From an uncultured Gammaproteobacteria bacterium (lineage in GTDB: Bacteria > Pseudomonadota > Gammaproteobacteria > DRLM01): 64,000 nt of DNA. Where the stretch lies: the NCBI GenBank assembly GCA_963729605.1, contig CAVSNY010000002.1, positions 320,001 through 384,000 on the forward strand, written 5' to 3'. The notes beneath the pieces were generated by a model. It saw only the letters and a list, made by a program, of their open reading frames with translations. It was not told the origin of the DNA and ran no database searches. Made by a program: the position numbers and the translations under genes. This document shows, one piece after another, positions 35,127 through 45,152 of this stretch (position 1 is the first letter of the stretch; each line of letters opens with the position of its first letter).

Positions 35127-35152
35127 CTGCGGCGAAACATGAGCGGAAAGCG

Positions 35153-36625
35153 ATGAGCGAAGAAATCCTAATCAACGTCACGCCCCAGGAGACCCGCATC
35201 GCGCTGGTGGAAAACGGCGTGCTGCAAGAAGTGCACGTCGAGCGCGCGCGGCGCCGCGGCCTGGTCGGCAATATTTATAAAGGCTACGTCAGCCGGGTGT
35301 TGCCGGGCATGCAGGCGGCCTTCGTCGATATCGGTCTCGACCGCGCGGCTTTCCTGCACGCCTCCGACATCATCAATCAGCCGGTGGAAGGCGCGCCGCC
35401 GCCCGAGGAAAAGGGCGTTGCGCCCATCAACGAGCTGGTGCGCGAAGGCCAGGAGATCATGGTGCAGGTCATCAAGGATCCGCTCGGCACCAAGGGCGCG
35501 CGCCTCACCACCCACATCACCATCCCCTCGCGTTATCTGGTGCTGATGCCCACGTCGCGCACGGTGGGCATCTCGCAAAAGATCGAGAGCGAGGCGCTGC
35601 GCAACCGTCTCAAGGACAGCGTGATCGTCATGGCGGGCGATCTCGAGCAAGGCGGTTACATCATCCGCACCGCGGCGGAGGGCGCCGACGGCGACGCGCT
35701 GCGCGCCGACATGGAATATCTGCGCAAACTCTGGGGCTCGATCAGCGAACAGGCCAAGGCGGCCTCGCCGGGCAGCGTGGTATACGAGGATTTACCGCTG
35801 GTGTTGCGGTCCCTGCGCGACCTGGTGGACGTCGATGTGGAAAAGGTCCGCATCGATTCGCGGGAAAATTATAAAAGGGCGCTGGCCTTCGCCGAGCAAT
35901 TCGTGCCGCAGGTGGCGGCGCGCATCGAATATTATCCCGGCGAGCGGCCGATCTTCGATTTGTACGGCGTCGAGGACGAGATCGACAAGGCCCTCGAACG
36001 CAAGGTGCTGCTCAAGTCCGGCGGTTATCTGATCATCGACCAGACCGAGGCGATGACCACCGTCGACGTCAACACCGGCGCCTACGTCGGCCACCGCACC
36101 TTGGAAGAAACCATTTTCAAGACCAATCTCGAAGCGGCGCAGGCCATCGCCCGCCAGCTGCGGCTGCGCAATCTGGGCGGCATCATCATCATCGACTTCA
36201 TCGATATGACCGAGGAGGACCACAAGCGCCAGGTGCTGGCGGCCTTGCAGAAACATCTGGAGCGCGACCGCGCCAAGAGTCACATCAGCGAGGTCTCGGC
36301 GCTGGGCCTGGTGGAGATGACCCGCAAGCGGACGCGGGAAAGTCTGGAACACGTGTTGTGCGCCGCCTGCCCCACCTGTCACGGCCGCGGCTCGCTGAAG
36401 ACGCCGGAGACCGTGTGTTTCGAAATCTTCCGCGAATTGCTGCGGGTGGCGCGCCAGTTCGACGTGCAGCAGTTCCTGGTGCTGGCGGCGCAGGACGTGG
36501 TGGACATATTGCTGGACGAAGAGGCCACCAGCCTCGCCGAGCTGGAGGAATTCATCGGCAAGCCCATCAAGCTGCAAGTGGAGTCGCTCTACAGCCAAGA
36601 GCAGTTCGACGTGGTGCTGGTCTAG
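35153..36625 (+). CDS. rng: Ribonuclease G
   Basis: GNIYKG.V.RVLPGMQAAFVDIG, DVNTG and GGIIIIDFIDM. Confidence 0.96.
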   Translation: MSEEILINVTPQETRIALVENGVLQEVHVERARRRGLVGNIYKGYVSRVLPGMQAAFVDIGLDRAAFLHASDIINQPVEGAPPPEEKGVAPINELVREGQEIMVQVIKDPLGTKGARLTTHITIPSRYLVLMPTSRTVGISQKIESEALRNRLKDSVIVMAGDLEQGGYIIRTAAEGADGDALRADMEYLRKLWGSISEQAKAASPGSVVYEDLPLVLRSLRDLVDVDVEKVRIDSRENYKRALAFAEQFVPQVAARIEYYPGERPIFDLYGVEDEIDKALERKVLLKSGGYLIIDQTEAMTTVDVNTGAYVGHRTLEETIFKTNLEAAQAIARQLRLRNLGGIIIIDFIDMTEEDHKRQVLAALQKHLERDRAKSHISEVSALGLVEMTRKRTRESLEHVLCAACPTCHGRGSLKTPETVCFEIFRELLRVARQFDVQQFLVLAAQDVVDILLDEEATSLAELEEFIGKPIKLQVESLYSQEQFDVVLV

Positions 36626-36705
36626 GGTATGTCGACCGCTCCTGGCGCGGCCGGCCGGCGCGTATCCTGGATTACCGCGCCGCATCCGGCTGATGCGGGC
36701 GTGGC

Positions 36706-39700
36706 GTGACCTCGCGCCCTTTTTTCCGCTCCTTTCTCCGCGTTTGCCGGATCAGTCTGATCGTGGCGGTGGTCATGGTCGCGCTGGTCTTGAGCGCGAC
36801 GCGTCTGCTGTTGCCCATGGCCGACGATTATCACGACGAGTTGGCGGATTGGATAGGCGGATTGCTCGAGCATCCGGTGCGTATCCAAGGCTTGGGCATG
36901 AGTTGGCATGGCCTCGGTCCCAGCATCGAGCTCGACGGCGTCTCCGTGCTGGACGGCGCCGGCGCGCAGATATTGTTGCGATGCGATTCGGCGCGCATCG
37001 ACATCGACGTGGTCTCCTCGCTGCGCCACTGGCAGGTGGAGCTGGGACAACTCACGGTGCGCGGCGCCCAGGTCTCGGTGCTGCGCCAGGAGGACGGTAC
37101 GCTGGCGGTGATGGGCCTCGACAATCTCGACGACATGAGCCCCGATCCCGCGGCGCAACAGGCCTTCAAACAATGGCTGGCGCGGCAGCGGCGGCTGGTG
37201 ATGGAAGACAGCACCGTGCACTGGCGTGATCTTACCCGGCACGGCGAGGTGTTCGCTTTCCGCGGCGTGCAGGTGCGCCTGCGCAATCGCGGCGCGGCTC
37301 ATCACTTGGAGATGACGGCGGACTTGCCCGAGCAGCTCGGCAACCAGTTCAGCCTGCTGGCCGAGGTGCGCGGTGATTTGTTCCGGCCCGCGGCCTGGGA
37401 CGGCCGATTGTACGTGCGCGGCATGGGCCTCCGCGCCGCGGCGTGGGGCGACATCTACGCGTGGCCGCGCGTCGCGGTGCGCGACGGCATTCTGGATTTC
37501 ACGCTGTGGAGCGAATGGCGGAACGGGTTGCAGCAAGTCTCCGGCGACGTGAACGCGTTCACGCCGGTGATCGAAATCGCGCCGGCGGAGCCGGCACCCG
37601 GCCATTCACTCACCGCGGCGATACCCGTCGAAACGGCGGGCGCGGCGGCGCCGGACCAAACGGCCGCGCCCAACCACAGCGTATCGCTCGCCCGCGCGCA
37701 GGCTCAATTCAACTGGCGGCAAGTGCCCGGCGGCTGGCTATTGGACGTCGATCGGTTTTCCCTGCAAAACGGCGCGGCGCCGGCCTGGCCGCCGTCGCAA
37801 GCGCGGGTGAGTTACCGCAACGGCGAAGGCCAGGCGCGGCCGCAAGTGGAGGCCGCCTTCAGTCATGTGAATCTGGCCGACGCGCTGGGCCTCGCCTGGC
37901 AGGCCGGCGCGGTGCCCGAGGCGCAGCGCGAACGTGTCGCGCAACTCGCGCCGCGCGGCGAGTTGCACGACGCTTACCTGCGTTATCAATGGGGCGGCGA
38001 CGCGCCGCCGGCGTGGCTGTTGCGTACCGGCTTCCGGCACCTGACCCTGGCCGCCGGCGAATCGCTGCCGGGGGTGAGCGGTTTGAGCGGAAACCTGGTC
38101 AGCGACGGCGCGCGGGGCGTGGTGAATCTCGCGAGCGGGGCGGGCGAACTCGACGCCGGGCGATGGTTCCGCGCGCCGTTGCCGCTCAGCGCGGTGGAGG
38201 GCCAAGTGGCCTGGCGGCGCGTGGGCGAGAGCTGGCAGGTGTTAAGCCACGGCCTGCGCCTGCGCAACGACGACATCGGCGGCGAGGCGGCTTTTCGTAT
38301 CGTGGGCACCGGCGTCGCCGCGCCCTATATCGATCTGCACGTCGCCTTCGCCGACGGCAAGGGTGAACACACCGGCCGTTATCTGCCGGCCCGCGTCTTG
38401 TCGCCCCGCACCGTCGCCTGGCTGGACCAGGCCATCGTCGCGGCCCGCGTGCCGCGCGGCACGATGCGACTGGAAGGCTGGCTCAGCGAGTTTCCCTACG
38501 ATCGCGGCGGCGGCGTGTTCGAGGTGCGGTTTGATGTGAATGACGGGATATTGAATTACGCGGCAGGGTGGCCGCGCTTGGAGGGGATCACCGCCGGGGT
38601 GTTGTTCCGCGGCCGCGGCCTCGAGATCAACGCCGGCGCGGCCACGTCGCTGAGCAGCAGCGTGACGCGCGTCAAGGCGTCCATTGCCGATCTGGCCGCG
38701 CGCGTGCCGATGCTCACCCTCGACGGCGAGGCGCACGGCCCCACCGCCGATGCGTTGAGGCATGTGTTGGAAAGTCCGCTGCGGGAGACCGCCGGCCAGT
38801 ATCTGGACGGCATGTCCGCCCAGGGGTCGAGCCGCTTGAAGCTCGCCGTGCGCCTGCCGCTGGCCGAGCATCGGCCGGCGCGGGTGAGCGGTAGCCTGAT
38901 GTTCGACGACAGCGGTTTGAGTCTGCCCGACAGCGGGGTGGAGCTCACCGGCATCCGCGGCGAGCTGGAGTTTACCGAGACCGGTTTGCGGGCGCGGGAA
39001 ATCCTCGCCCGCATCATCGACCAGCCCGTAGTGATCAAGGTGCGCAGCGAGACCGCCGGCGCGGCGCACGTCACGCTGTTCGAGGCCCGGGGTTACGCCG
39101 ACGCGGCGGCGGTCGCGAAAAAATTTCTGCCGGGCTTGGCGCCGCGGCTGAGCGGCACCGCGCCGTGGCGCGGCGAGTTGCGGGTCGCGCCGCCGGAACA
39201 CGGCGGGCTGCGCCTGCAAGTCGATTCGTCCTTGCTGGGTGTCGAGTTGCGCCTGCCCGATCCGTTCCGCAAGGCGACGGATGACGAACGGCCGTTGTCG
39301 CTCGGCTTGCCTCTGCCGCTGGCCGCCGGGCGGACGCTACGAGTCGATTACGGTGACCGCGCCAACGCGCGGCTGGTGCTGGCGGCGCGGGCGGACGGCG
39401 AGCCGGCGATACGGCGCGGTGAGCTGCGCTTCGGCGCCGAGGCGGCCAAATTGCCGGACGAGGGGCTGCGGGTGCGCGGCGCGCTCGACCGCTTCGCCCC
39501 GGCCGAGTGGGCGGCGTTGTGGCCGGCGGAGCCGCCGGAGAAAAACCGCACGCCCGGCGCCGGCGATGTGGCCGTGGAGTTGGACGTGCGGATCGGCGCG
39601 TTGGAGCTGCTGGGACAGCGATTCCCGGACACCGACTTGCGCGCGACGCGGCGCGCGGGGGTGTGGGAGATGGCGCTCGACGGTCCGCGCGCGGCGGGGA

Positions 39701-40653
39701 AAGTGCATATTCCCGCCGGGCTCGATGAACCGGTGGTGGCGGAGATGCGGCGCGTGTATTTCGCCGGGGCGTCCGACCAGGGCGGCGGCGCGGCCAAGGC
39801 GGAGTCCAATCCCGATCCGCGGCAACTGCCGCCGCTGCGGATGCGGGTCGATCATTTCCGTTACGGCGGACTGGACCTCGGCGCGGTGTCGCTGCGCACC
39901 TCGCGCAATGAACGGGGAATGGCGGTGGACGAGTTCAGCGGACGCGCGCCGGGGCAACGCACGGACATCAGCGGCCGCTGGGAGGTGTTGAACGATGGGC
40001 CGCGCTCGACGTTTTCCGTCGCCTTCGACAGCGACGACGTGGGCGAGACCCTGCGCGCCGCGGGGTATGCCGATATCATCAAAGCTGGCAAGATGCACAC
40101 CGGCATGGAATTGAGCTGGCCCGGCGCGCCGGCGGACTTCGCCATGGCGCGCGCCCAAGGGAAGCTGGCGCTCAAGATCGAAGACGGCCGCTTGCTGGAT
40201 GTGAGTCCCGGCGCCGGACGGATTCTCGGGCTGTTGAGTTTTCAGGCCCTGCCGCGGCGGCTCAGCCTGGATTTCAGCGATCTGTTTCAGAAAGGCTTCG
40301 CTTTTGATCGCATCGAAGGTAACTTCGTCATTGAAAACGGCGAGGCCGTGACCGATAACTTGTTCATGGACGGCCCCTCGGCACACATCTTGGCGCGCGG
40401 CCGGGTGGGGTTGGCGGCGGAAGACTACGATCAACGCGTCACGGTCATCCCCAATATGAGCGGCGGTCTGCCGCTGGCGGCGGCCTTGGCCGGCGGCGTG
40501 GTGCCGGGCGCGGCGATGTTGCTGGTCGAGCGTTTGTTCAAGCCGCAGATCGACAACGTGGGTCGGGTCGAATATCAGGTGACGGGGCCATGGTCGGCGC
40601 CGGTGGTGGAGCGGATCGACGCCGGCACGGAGACCCGTCGGGAAAATAAATGA
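36706..40653 (+). CDS. yhdP: AsmA-like phospholipid transporter YhdP
   Basis: 1315 aa with an N-terminal TM, LPRRLSLDFSDLF.KGFAFD.I.G and Y.VTGPW; rng-yhdP-tldD context. Confidence 0.9.
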   Translation: MTSRPFFRSFLRVCRISLIVAVVMVALVLSATRLLLPMADDYHDELADWIGGLLEHPVRIQGLGMSWHGLGPSIELDGVSVLDGAGAQILLRCDSARIDIDVVSSLRHWQVELGQLTVRGAQVSVLRQEDGTLAVMGLDNLDDMSPDPAAQQAFKQWLARQRRLVMEDSTVHWRDLTRHGEVFAFRGVQVRLRNRGAAHHLEMTADLPEQLGNQFSLLAEVRGDLFRPAAWDGRLYVRGMGLRAAAWGDIYAWPRVAVRDGILDFTLWSEWRNGLQQVSGDVNAFTPVIEIAPAEPAPGHSLTAAIPVETAGAAAPDQTAAPNHSVSLARAQAQFNWRQVPGGWLLDVDRFSLQNGAAPAWPPSQARVSYRNGEGQARPQVEAAFSHVNLADALGLAWQAGAVPEAQRERVAQLAPRGELHDAYLRYQWGGDAPPAWLLRTGFRHLTLAAGESLPGVSGLSGNLVSDGARGVVNLASGAGELDAGRWFRAPLPLSAVEGQVAWRRVGESWQVLSHGLRLRNDDIGGEAAFRIVGTGVAAPYIDLHVAFADGKGEHTGRYLPARVLSPRTVAWLDQAIVAARVPRGTMRLEGWLSEFPYDRGGGVFEVRFDVNDGILNYAAGWPRLEGITAGVLFRGRGLEINAGAATSLSSSVTRVKASIADLAARVPMLTLDGEAHGPTADALRHVLESPLRETAGQYLDGMSAQGSSRLKLAVRLPLAEHRPARVSGSLMFDDSGLSLPDSGVELTGIRGELEFTETGLRAREILARIIDQPVVIKVRSETAGAAHVTLFEARGYADAAAVAKKFLPGLAPRLSGTAPWRGELRVAPPEHGGLRLQVDSSLLGVELRLPDPFRKATDDERPLSLGLPLPLAAGRTLRVDYGDRANARLVLAARADGEPAIRRGELRFGAEAAKLPDEGLRVRGALDRFAPAEWAALWPAEPPEKNRTPGAGDVAVELDVRIGALELLGQRFPDTDLRATRRAGVWEMALDGPRAAGKVHIPAGLDEPVVAEMRRVYFAGASDQGGGAAKAESNPDPRQLPPLRMRVDHFRYGGLDLGAVSLRTSRNERGMAVDEFSGRAPGQRTDISGRWEVLNDGPRSTFSVAFDSDDVGETLRAAGYADIIKAGKMHTGMELSWPGAPADFAMARAQGKLALKIEDGRLLDVSPGAGRILGLLSFQALPRRLSLDFSDLFQKGFAFDRIEGNFVIENGEAVTDNLFMDGPSAHILARGRVGLAAEDYDQRVTVIPNMSGGLPLAAALAGGVVPGAAMLLVERLFKPQIDNVGRVEYQVTGPWSAPVVERIDAGTETRRENK

Positions 40654-41084
40654 TGCATGAGTCACGAGGAGAACGCAGCGTGGTGGATGTGCGAGCCAAC
40701 CCAGATTTGTTTCGAGCCCGGAGCGGGCGGCGGCCGATCGCGGCCGCGGCGGTGTTGGCGATAGGGATGGCGGGCGCGCAGGCCGCGCCCGCCGAGTGGC
40801 CGCTGAGCGCCGACGCCTGGGCGGTGCCGCGCCAGGCGGAAACCATTCTGTCCATGACGCCGGTGGTATCGGCGGTGCAGGCCTTGCTGGCCGACCCGCG
40901 GGGGCGCTTGACCTTGCTGCATCCCGCCGGTGAAGAAGGCGCGCTGTGGGCCGCGGAATTGCGGGCGTGGCTGGTGGGCTTGGGCGTCGATACTCAGCGC
41001 ATCCAGTTGCGGGCGGCCGCGGCGGGCGCGCGGAATTTGACCTTGTCGGTCGCCGCCGCGCCGGCGCGGGGGGTGGCGCCATGA
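40650..41084 (+). CDS. Hypothetical exported protein
   Basis: ATGA overlaps with both yhdP and the nitrilase gene; signal-like AAAAVLAIGMAGAQA. The true start may lie downstream. Confidence 0.65.
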   Translation: MMHESRGERSVVDVRANPDLFRARSGRRPIAAAAVLAIGMAGAQAAPAEWPLSADAWAVPRQAETILSMTPVVSAVQALLADPRGRLTLLHPAGEEGALWAAELRAWLVGLGVDTQRIQLRAAAAGARNLTLSVAAAPARGVAP

Positions 41085-41917
41085 GCCGGGTGGTCGCGGT
41101 GCAAATGGCCTCCGGCCCCAACGTCAGCGCCAATCTGATCGAGGCCGGCCGCCTCATCGCCCGCGCGGCGCGCGATCACGCCGCCAAGCTGGTGGTGCTG
41201 CCGGAGAATTTCGCGATCATGGGGCTCACCGAGCAGGACAAGGTGAAGGCCCGCGAGCAGGACGGCAAAGGTCCCATCCAGGATTTCCTCGCCAACCAGG
41301 CCGCCAAACACGGCGTGTGGCTGGTGGGCGGCACCATCCCCTTGGCCGCGCGCGACGAAAAAAAGGTACGCGCCGCCTGCCTGCTGATCGACGGCCGCGG
41401 CCAGCGGGTGGTGCGCTACGACAAGATGCACATGTTCGACGTGCACATCAGCGAGACCGGTGAAAATTACGCCGAGTCGCAGACCATTGAGGCGGGCGAA
41501 TCGCTGGTGGTGGTGGACACGCCCTTCGGCAAGCTCGGTCTGGCGGTCTGTTACGATTTGCGATTCCCCGAGCTGTTCCGCGCCATGCTCGCGCAAGGCA
41601 TGGAAGTGCTGGCGGTGCCGTCGGCCTTCACCGCCGTCACCGGCATGGCGCATTGGGAGATCCTGGTGCGGGCCCGCGCCGTGGAGAATCTCTGCTACGT
41701 GGTCGCGGCGGCGCAGGGCGGCTATCACGCCAACGGCCGCGAGACCCACGGCGACAGCATGATCGTCGATCCCTGGGGGATGGTGCTCGACCGCCTGCCG
41801 CGCGGTTCGGGGGTGGTGGGCGCCGACATCGAGCCGGCGCGCCTGCGCAGCATCCGCCGCAATTTCCCCGCGATTCAGCATCAACGTTTGCAGTGCCGTT
41901 TACCCGACGGCAAATAA
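41081..41917 (+). CDS. Carbon-nitrogen hydrolase (Nit1-like)
   Basis: Catalytic E-K-C triad in LPENF, YDKMHMFD and VCYDLRFPE. Confidence 0.92.
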   Translation: MSRVVAVQMASGPNVSANLIEAGRLIARAARDHAAKLVVLPENFAIMGLTEQDKVKAREQDGKGPIQDFLANQAAKHGVWLVGGTIPLAARDEKKVRAACLLIDGRGQRVVRYDKMHMFDVHISETGENYAESQTIEAGESLVVVDTPFGKLGLAVCYDLRFPELFRAMLAQGMEVLAVPSAFTAVTGMAHWEILVRARAVENLCYVVAAAQGGYHANGRETHGDSMIVDPWGMVLDRLPRGSGVVGADIEPARLRSIRRNFPAIQHQRLQCRLPDGK

Positions 41918-41964
41918 ATCCGTCCCCGCCGCGCGGCGGGAGAGTATGTTAGGCTAACCCCCAT

Positions 41965-41992
41965 CGCGCGCTGCGGCGCGCGGCCTTTTTTT
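41965..41992 (+). terminator. Possible intrinsic terminator or attenuator before tldD
   Basis: CGCGCGC-TGCG-GCGCGCG stem followed by GCC and T7. Confidence 0.35.
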
Positions 41993-42018
41993 ACAGCGGA
42001 TCACACACGGATACTCGC

Positions 42019-43461
42019 ATGAGCGCACCCCTCGATTTCGCGTCCAATCTCATCCTCGCCCCCGCCGGCCTCGCGGAGCACGACCTCGAACGCGTGTTGC
42101 ACGACCTCATGAGTTATCAGGTCGACAGCGCGGATTTGTATTTTCAATCCAGCCGTCACGAATCCTGGTCGCTGGAAGACGGCATCGTCAAAAGCGGCAG
42201 CCACAGCATCGAACGCGGCGTCGGCGTGCGCGCGGTGAGCGGCGAGAAGACCGGCTTCGCCTACTCCGATGAAATCGTCTTGCCCGCGCTGACGCAGGCG
42301 GCGGGCGCCGCGCGCGCCATCGCCCGCGCGGGACAAGAGGGCAGGGTGCAGGCCTGGGCGCGCGGCGGCAGGCAGGCTTTGTACAAAGCGGTCGATCCCA
42401 TCGACACCTTGTCGTCGGCCGACAAGATCGCGCTGCTGCACGCGGTGGACGCCGAGGCGCGCCGCATCGATCCGCGCGTCAAGCAAGTGATGGTGAGCAT
42501 GGCCGCGGTGCACGACGTGGTGCTGGTCGCGGCCAGCGACGGCACCTTCGCCGCCGACGTGCGGCCCTTGGTCCGCTTGAACGTGAGCGTGGTGGCGGAA
42601 GACGGCGACCGCCGCGAGCAGGGCTCGTCCGGCGGCGGCGGCCGGGTCGGTTACGAGATGTTCCTCGATCAGGAACGCGGCCTCGGTTACGCGCGCGAAG
42701 CGGTGCGCCAGGCGCTGGTGAACCTGGAGGCGCGCAACGCGCCAGCCGGCACCATGACCGTGGTGCTCGGCCCCGGCTGGCCCGGCGTGTTGCTGCACGA
42801 GGCGGTGGGCCACGGTCTCGAAGGCGATTTCAACCGCAAGGGCAGTTCGGCGTTTTCCGGCCGGATCGGCGAACGCGTCGCGTCGCCGCTGTGCACCGTG
42901 GTCGATGACGGCACGCTCGCGAGCCGGCGCGGCTCGCTCAACATCGACGACGAGGGCACGCCGACCCAGTGCACCACGCTCATCGAAAAAGGCGTGTTGA
43001 AGGGTTATCTGCAAGACAAGATGAACGCGCGCCTGATGGGTGTGGCGCCCACCGGCAACGGCCGCCGCGAATCCTATTCGCACCTGCCGATGCCGCGCAT
43101 GACCAACACCTATATGCTGCCCGGCGACAGCGATCCCGCCGAGATCATCGCCTCGGTGGAGAAGGGCCTGTACGCCGTCAACTTCGGCGGCGGCCAAGTC
43201 GACATCACCTCGGGCAAGTTCGTGTTCTCGGCGAGCGAGGCCTACATGATCGAGAACGGCAAGATCACCTATCCGGTGAAAGGCGCGACCTTGGTCGGCA
43301 ACGGCCCCGACGTGCTGACCCGCGTCAGCCTGGTCGGCAACGATCTGCAACTCGACGCCGGCGTCGGCACCTGCGGCAAGGAAGGCCAAAGCGTGCCGGT
43401 GGGCGTGGGCCAGCCGACGCTGCGCATCGACGGTCTCACCGTCGGCGGCACCGGCGCGTAG
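42019..43461 (+). CDS. tldD: Metalloprotease TldD
   Basis: [19 protein letters not shown] and [11 protein letters not shown]. Confidence 0.96.
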   Translation: MSAPLDFASNLILAPAGLAEHDLERVLHDLMSYQVDSADLYFQSSRHESWSLEDGIVKSGSHSIERGVGVRAVSGEKTGFAYSDEIVLPALTQAAGAARAIARAGQEGRVQAWARGGRQALYKAVDPIDTLSSADKIALLHAVDAEARRIDPRVKQVMVSMAAVHDVVLVAASDGTFAADVRPLVRLNVSVVAEDGDRREQGSSGGGGRVGYEMFLDQERGLGYAREAVRQALVNLEARNAPAGTMTVVLGPGWPGVLLHEAVGHGLEGDFNRKGSSAFSGRIGERVASPLCTVVDDGTLASRRGSLNIDDEGTPTQCTTLIEKGVLKGYLQDKMNARLMGVAPTGNGRRESYSHLPMPRMTNTYMLPGDSDPAEIIASVEKGLYAVNFGGGQVDITSGKFVFSASEAYMIENGKITYPVKGATLVGNGPDVLTRVSLVGNDLQLDAGVGTCGKEGQSVPVGVGQPTLRIDGLTVGGTGA

Positions 43462-43489
43462 AAAAACGTAAAGACGCTGCTAAATGTAA

Positions 43490-43525
43490 AAATGTAGGGT
43501 GGGTTAGCGCAGCGTAACCCACCAA
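43490..43525 (+). repeat. GTAG-type REP element
   Basis: AAAT-GTAG-GGTGGGTTAGC-GCA-GCGTAACCCACC-AA. Confidence 0.8.
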
Positions 43526-43650
43526 CTCGTCGCGCCGAAAGCGACTGTGCTACTCTTTCCCAACCGCTCACTTCCGTGCAACCTGTTCCAGGTACAGCGG
43601 CCAGTTCGTATTCTCTCTCTGCTTCACAGGTCAGCCTAAGGAGGTTTCCG

Positions 43651-44169
43651 ATGCGCAACTCGATATATTGGTGTGGTGTCCTGCTGGGACTGGCCACTCT
43701 CAGCGGCGCGGCGCTGGCCGATCCGCACGGCGGCAAGGGCATGCACGGCGATAAAATGAAACCGGGCATGGGACACGGCATGATGATGGGCGGTCAGCGG
43801 GGAGGGGACGACCACTTCGTGCGCATCCACAGTATGCGCACGCTGGCCATGCTTGATCTCAACGACGACCAACGCAAAAAAGTGATGGAGCTGCGCCGCG
43901 AGTTGCGCAGGAACACCTGGGATTTGAAAGGGCAGACTATCGACCAGCGCGAGCAATTGGGCATGCTCTACGGTAGCGATGACTTGGATGTGGCGGCCAT
44001 CACTTCCGCTTATGAGAAATTGTTCGAGATGAAGCTCAAGATGATCGAGCACACGCTGAAGTTCAAACAGGACTTGCGCAAAGTGTTGACCCCCGAGCAG
44101 CAAAAGAAGCTGCGCGATATGATGACCCACGGCAGGATGGGTGGCGGCATGGAGATGGATGCGGATTGA
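43651..44169 (+). CDS. Spy/CpxP-family periplasmic protein
   Basis: AAGGAGG RBS; signal peptide; Gly/Met/His-rich N-terminus; LDLNDDQ and VLTPEQ motifs. Confidence 0.85.
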   Translation: MRNSIYWCGVLLGLATLSGAALADPHGGKGMHGDKMKPGMGHGMMMGGQRGGDDHFVRIHSMRTLAMLDLNDDQRKKVMELRRELRRNTWDLKGQTIDQREQLGMLYGSDDLDVAAITSAYEKLFEMKLKMIEHTLKFKQDLRKVLTPEQQKKLRDMMTHGRMGGGMEMDAD

Positions 44170-44427
44170 CGGCGCATGGCCGCGCGGCGGTATAAGCGCC
44201 GCCTGTCTTAGTGTTGCGGCGTTCCGGCCCGCGGCAGGTCATGAGAAATTTCAGGCCGGCGAATCGTAAAAGATAAACAGACGTCTCTTTCGTTGGCGGA
44301 AAGACGCTCGCGGCATGTGACAAGTACGGCAATAAATAACAGCGGCATGCTTCACGAGTAACGACGTGACTTCGCCGCTGTCCATTCGGTGCGATAACCC
44401 TCAACTCGAGCTAAAGGAGACCGTGAA

Positions 44428-44958
44428 ATGAACCAAGCGTCATGCAGATGGAAAAAAGCGTTGATCGGCGCTGTGCCGGCCATGGGTTTGCTCATGATCG
44501 GTACCGCCAGTATGGCGGCGGACCCCAAAGGCAAGTTGCCGCAGACGGCGTATCTGCCGCAGGAAATGGCCTTGCAGGCCGCGACCACCGCCTTGGAGCA
44601 ATGTCGCGCCGACGGATATAACGTGAGTGTCGCGGTAGTGGATCGCGCGGGGGTGTTGCTCGCGCTGGTCCGCGATCCCGCCGCGGGTCCTCACACCATC
44701 GGCAGCAGCCAGGGCAAGGCCTTCACCTCGGCGAGCACCGGCCAGATCACCGCCAACATGGCGCAGGCCATCAGCGAAAATCCGGTCTTGTCCGGACTGC
44801 GCGACATGGACGCGCGGATGGTGGTGCTGGGGGGCGGCTTGCCGATCATCATCGAAGGCCAGCGCCTGGGCGGCATCGGCGTGGGCGGCGCCCCCGGCGG
44901 TCATCTGGATGCGGTGTGCGCGCTGGCCGGGCTTAAAAAGATCGGGGCGCAGATCTGA
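44428..44958 (+). CDS. GlcG/HbpS-family heme-binding protein, exported
   Basis: VSVAVVDRAG, GPHT....KAFT and GGLPI...GGIGVGGAPGG.LD. Confidence 0.88.
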   Translation: MNQASCRWKKALIGAVPAMGLLMIGTASMAADPKGKLPQTAYLPQEMALQAATTALEQCRADGYNVSVAVVDRAGVLLALVRDPAAGPHTIGSSQGKAFTSASTGQITANMAQAISENPVLSGLRDMDARMVVLGGGLPIIIEGQRLGGIGVGGAPGGHLDAVCALAGLKKIGAQI

Positions 44959-45003
44959 GGGGATGCGCGCGGAAATATTGAAGATGAGTCGCTGCGCGAC
45001 GGA

Positions 45004-45045
45004 TTGGTGGGTTACGCCGTTGCACGGCTAACCCACCCTACATTT
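45004..45045 (-). repeat. GTAG-type REP element, inverted relative to 43490
   Basis: Reverse complement reads AAAT-GTAG-GGTGGGTTAGC-CGTGCAACG-GCGTAACCCACC-AA. Confidence 0.8.
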
Positions 45046-45073
45046 ATTAGATCCACGGGTTTTCATAGTATAT

Positions 45074-45143
45074 GTAGGACGCGGTGAACGTAGCGCGCCG
45101 CATCGATCGCGAACGATGCGGCGCGTTCCTCACCGCATCCTGC
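45074..45143. repeat. REP doublet (REPIN-like) of a second GTAG family
   Basis: GTAGGACGCGGTGA...GCGCCGCATCG / CGATGCGGCGC...TCACCGCATCCTGC form a long imperfect hairpin. Confidence 0.65.
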
Positions 45144-45152
45144 CGCGGTGCT

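Noticed and set aside
43462-43495. Possible CpxR box (GTAAA repeats) upstream of the Spy/CpxP gene
   Set aside because: The spacing does not fit GTAAA-N5-GTAAA and the sequence runs into the REP flank.
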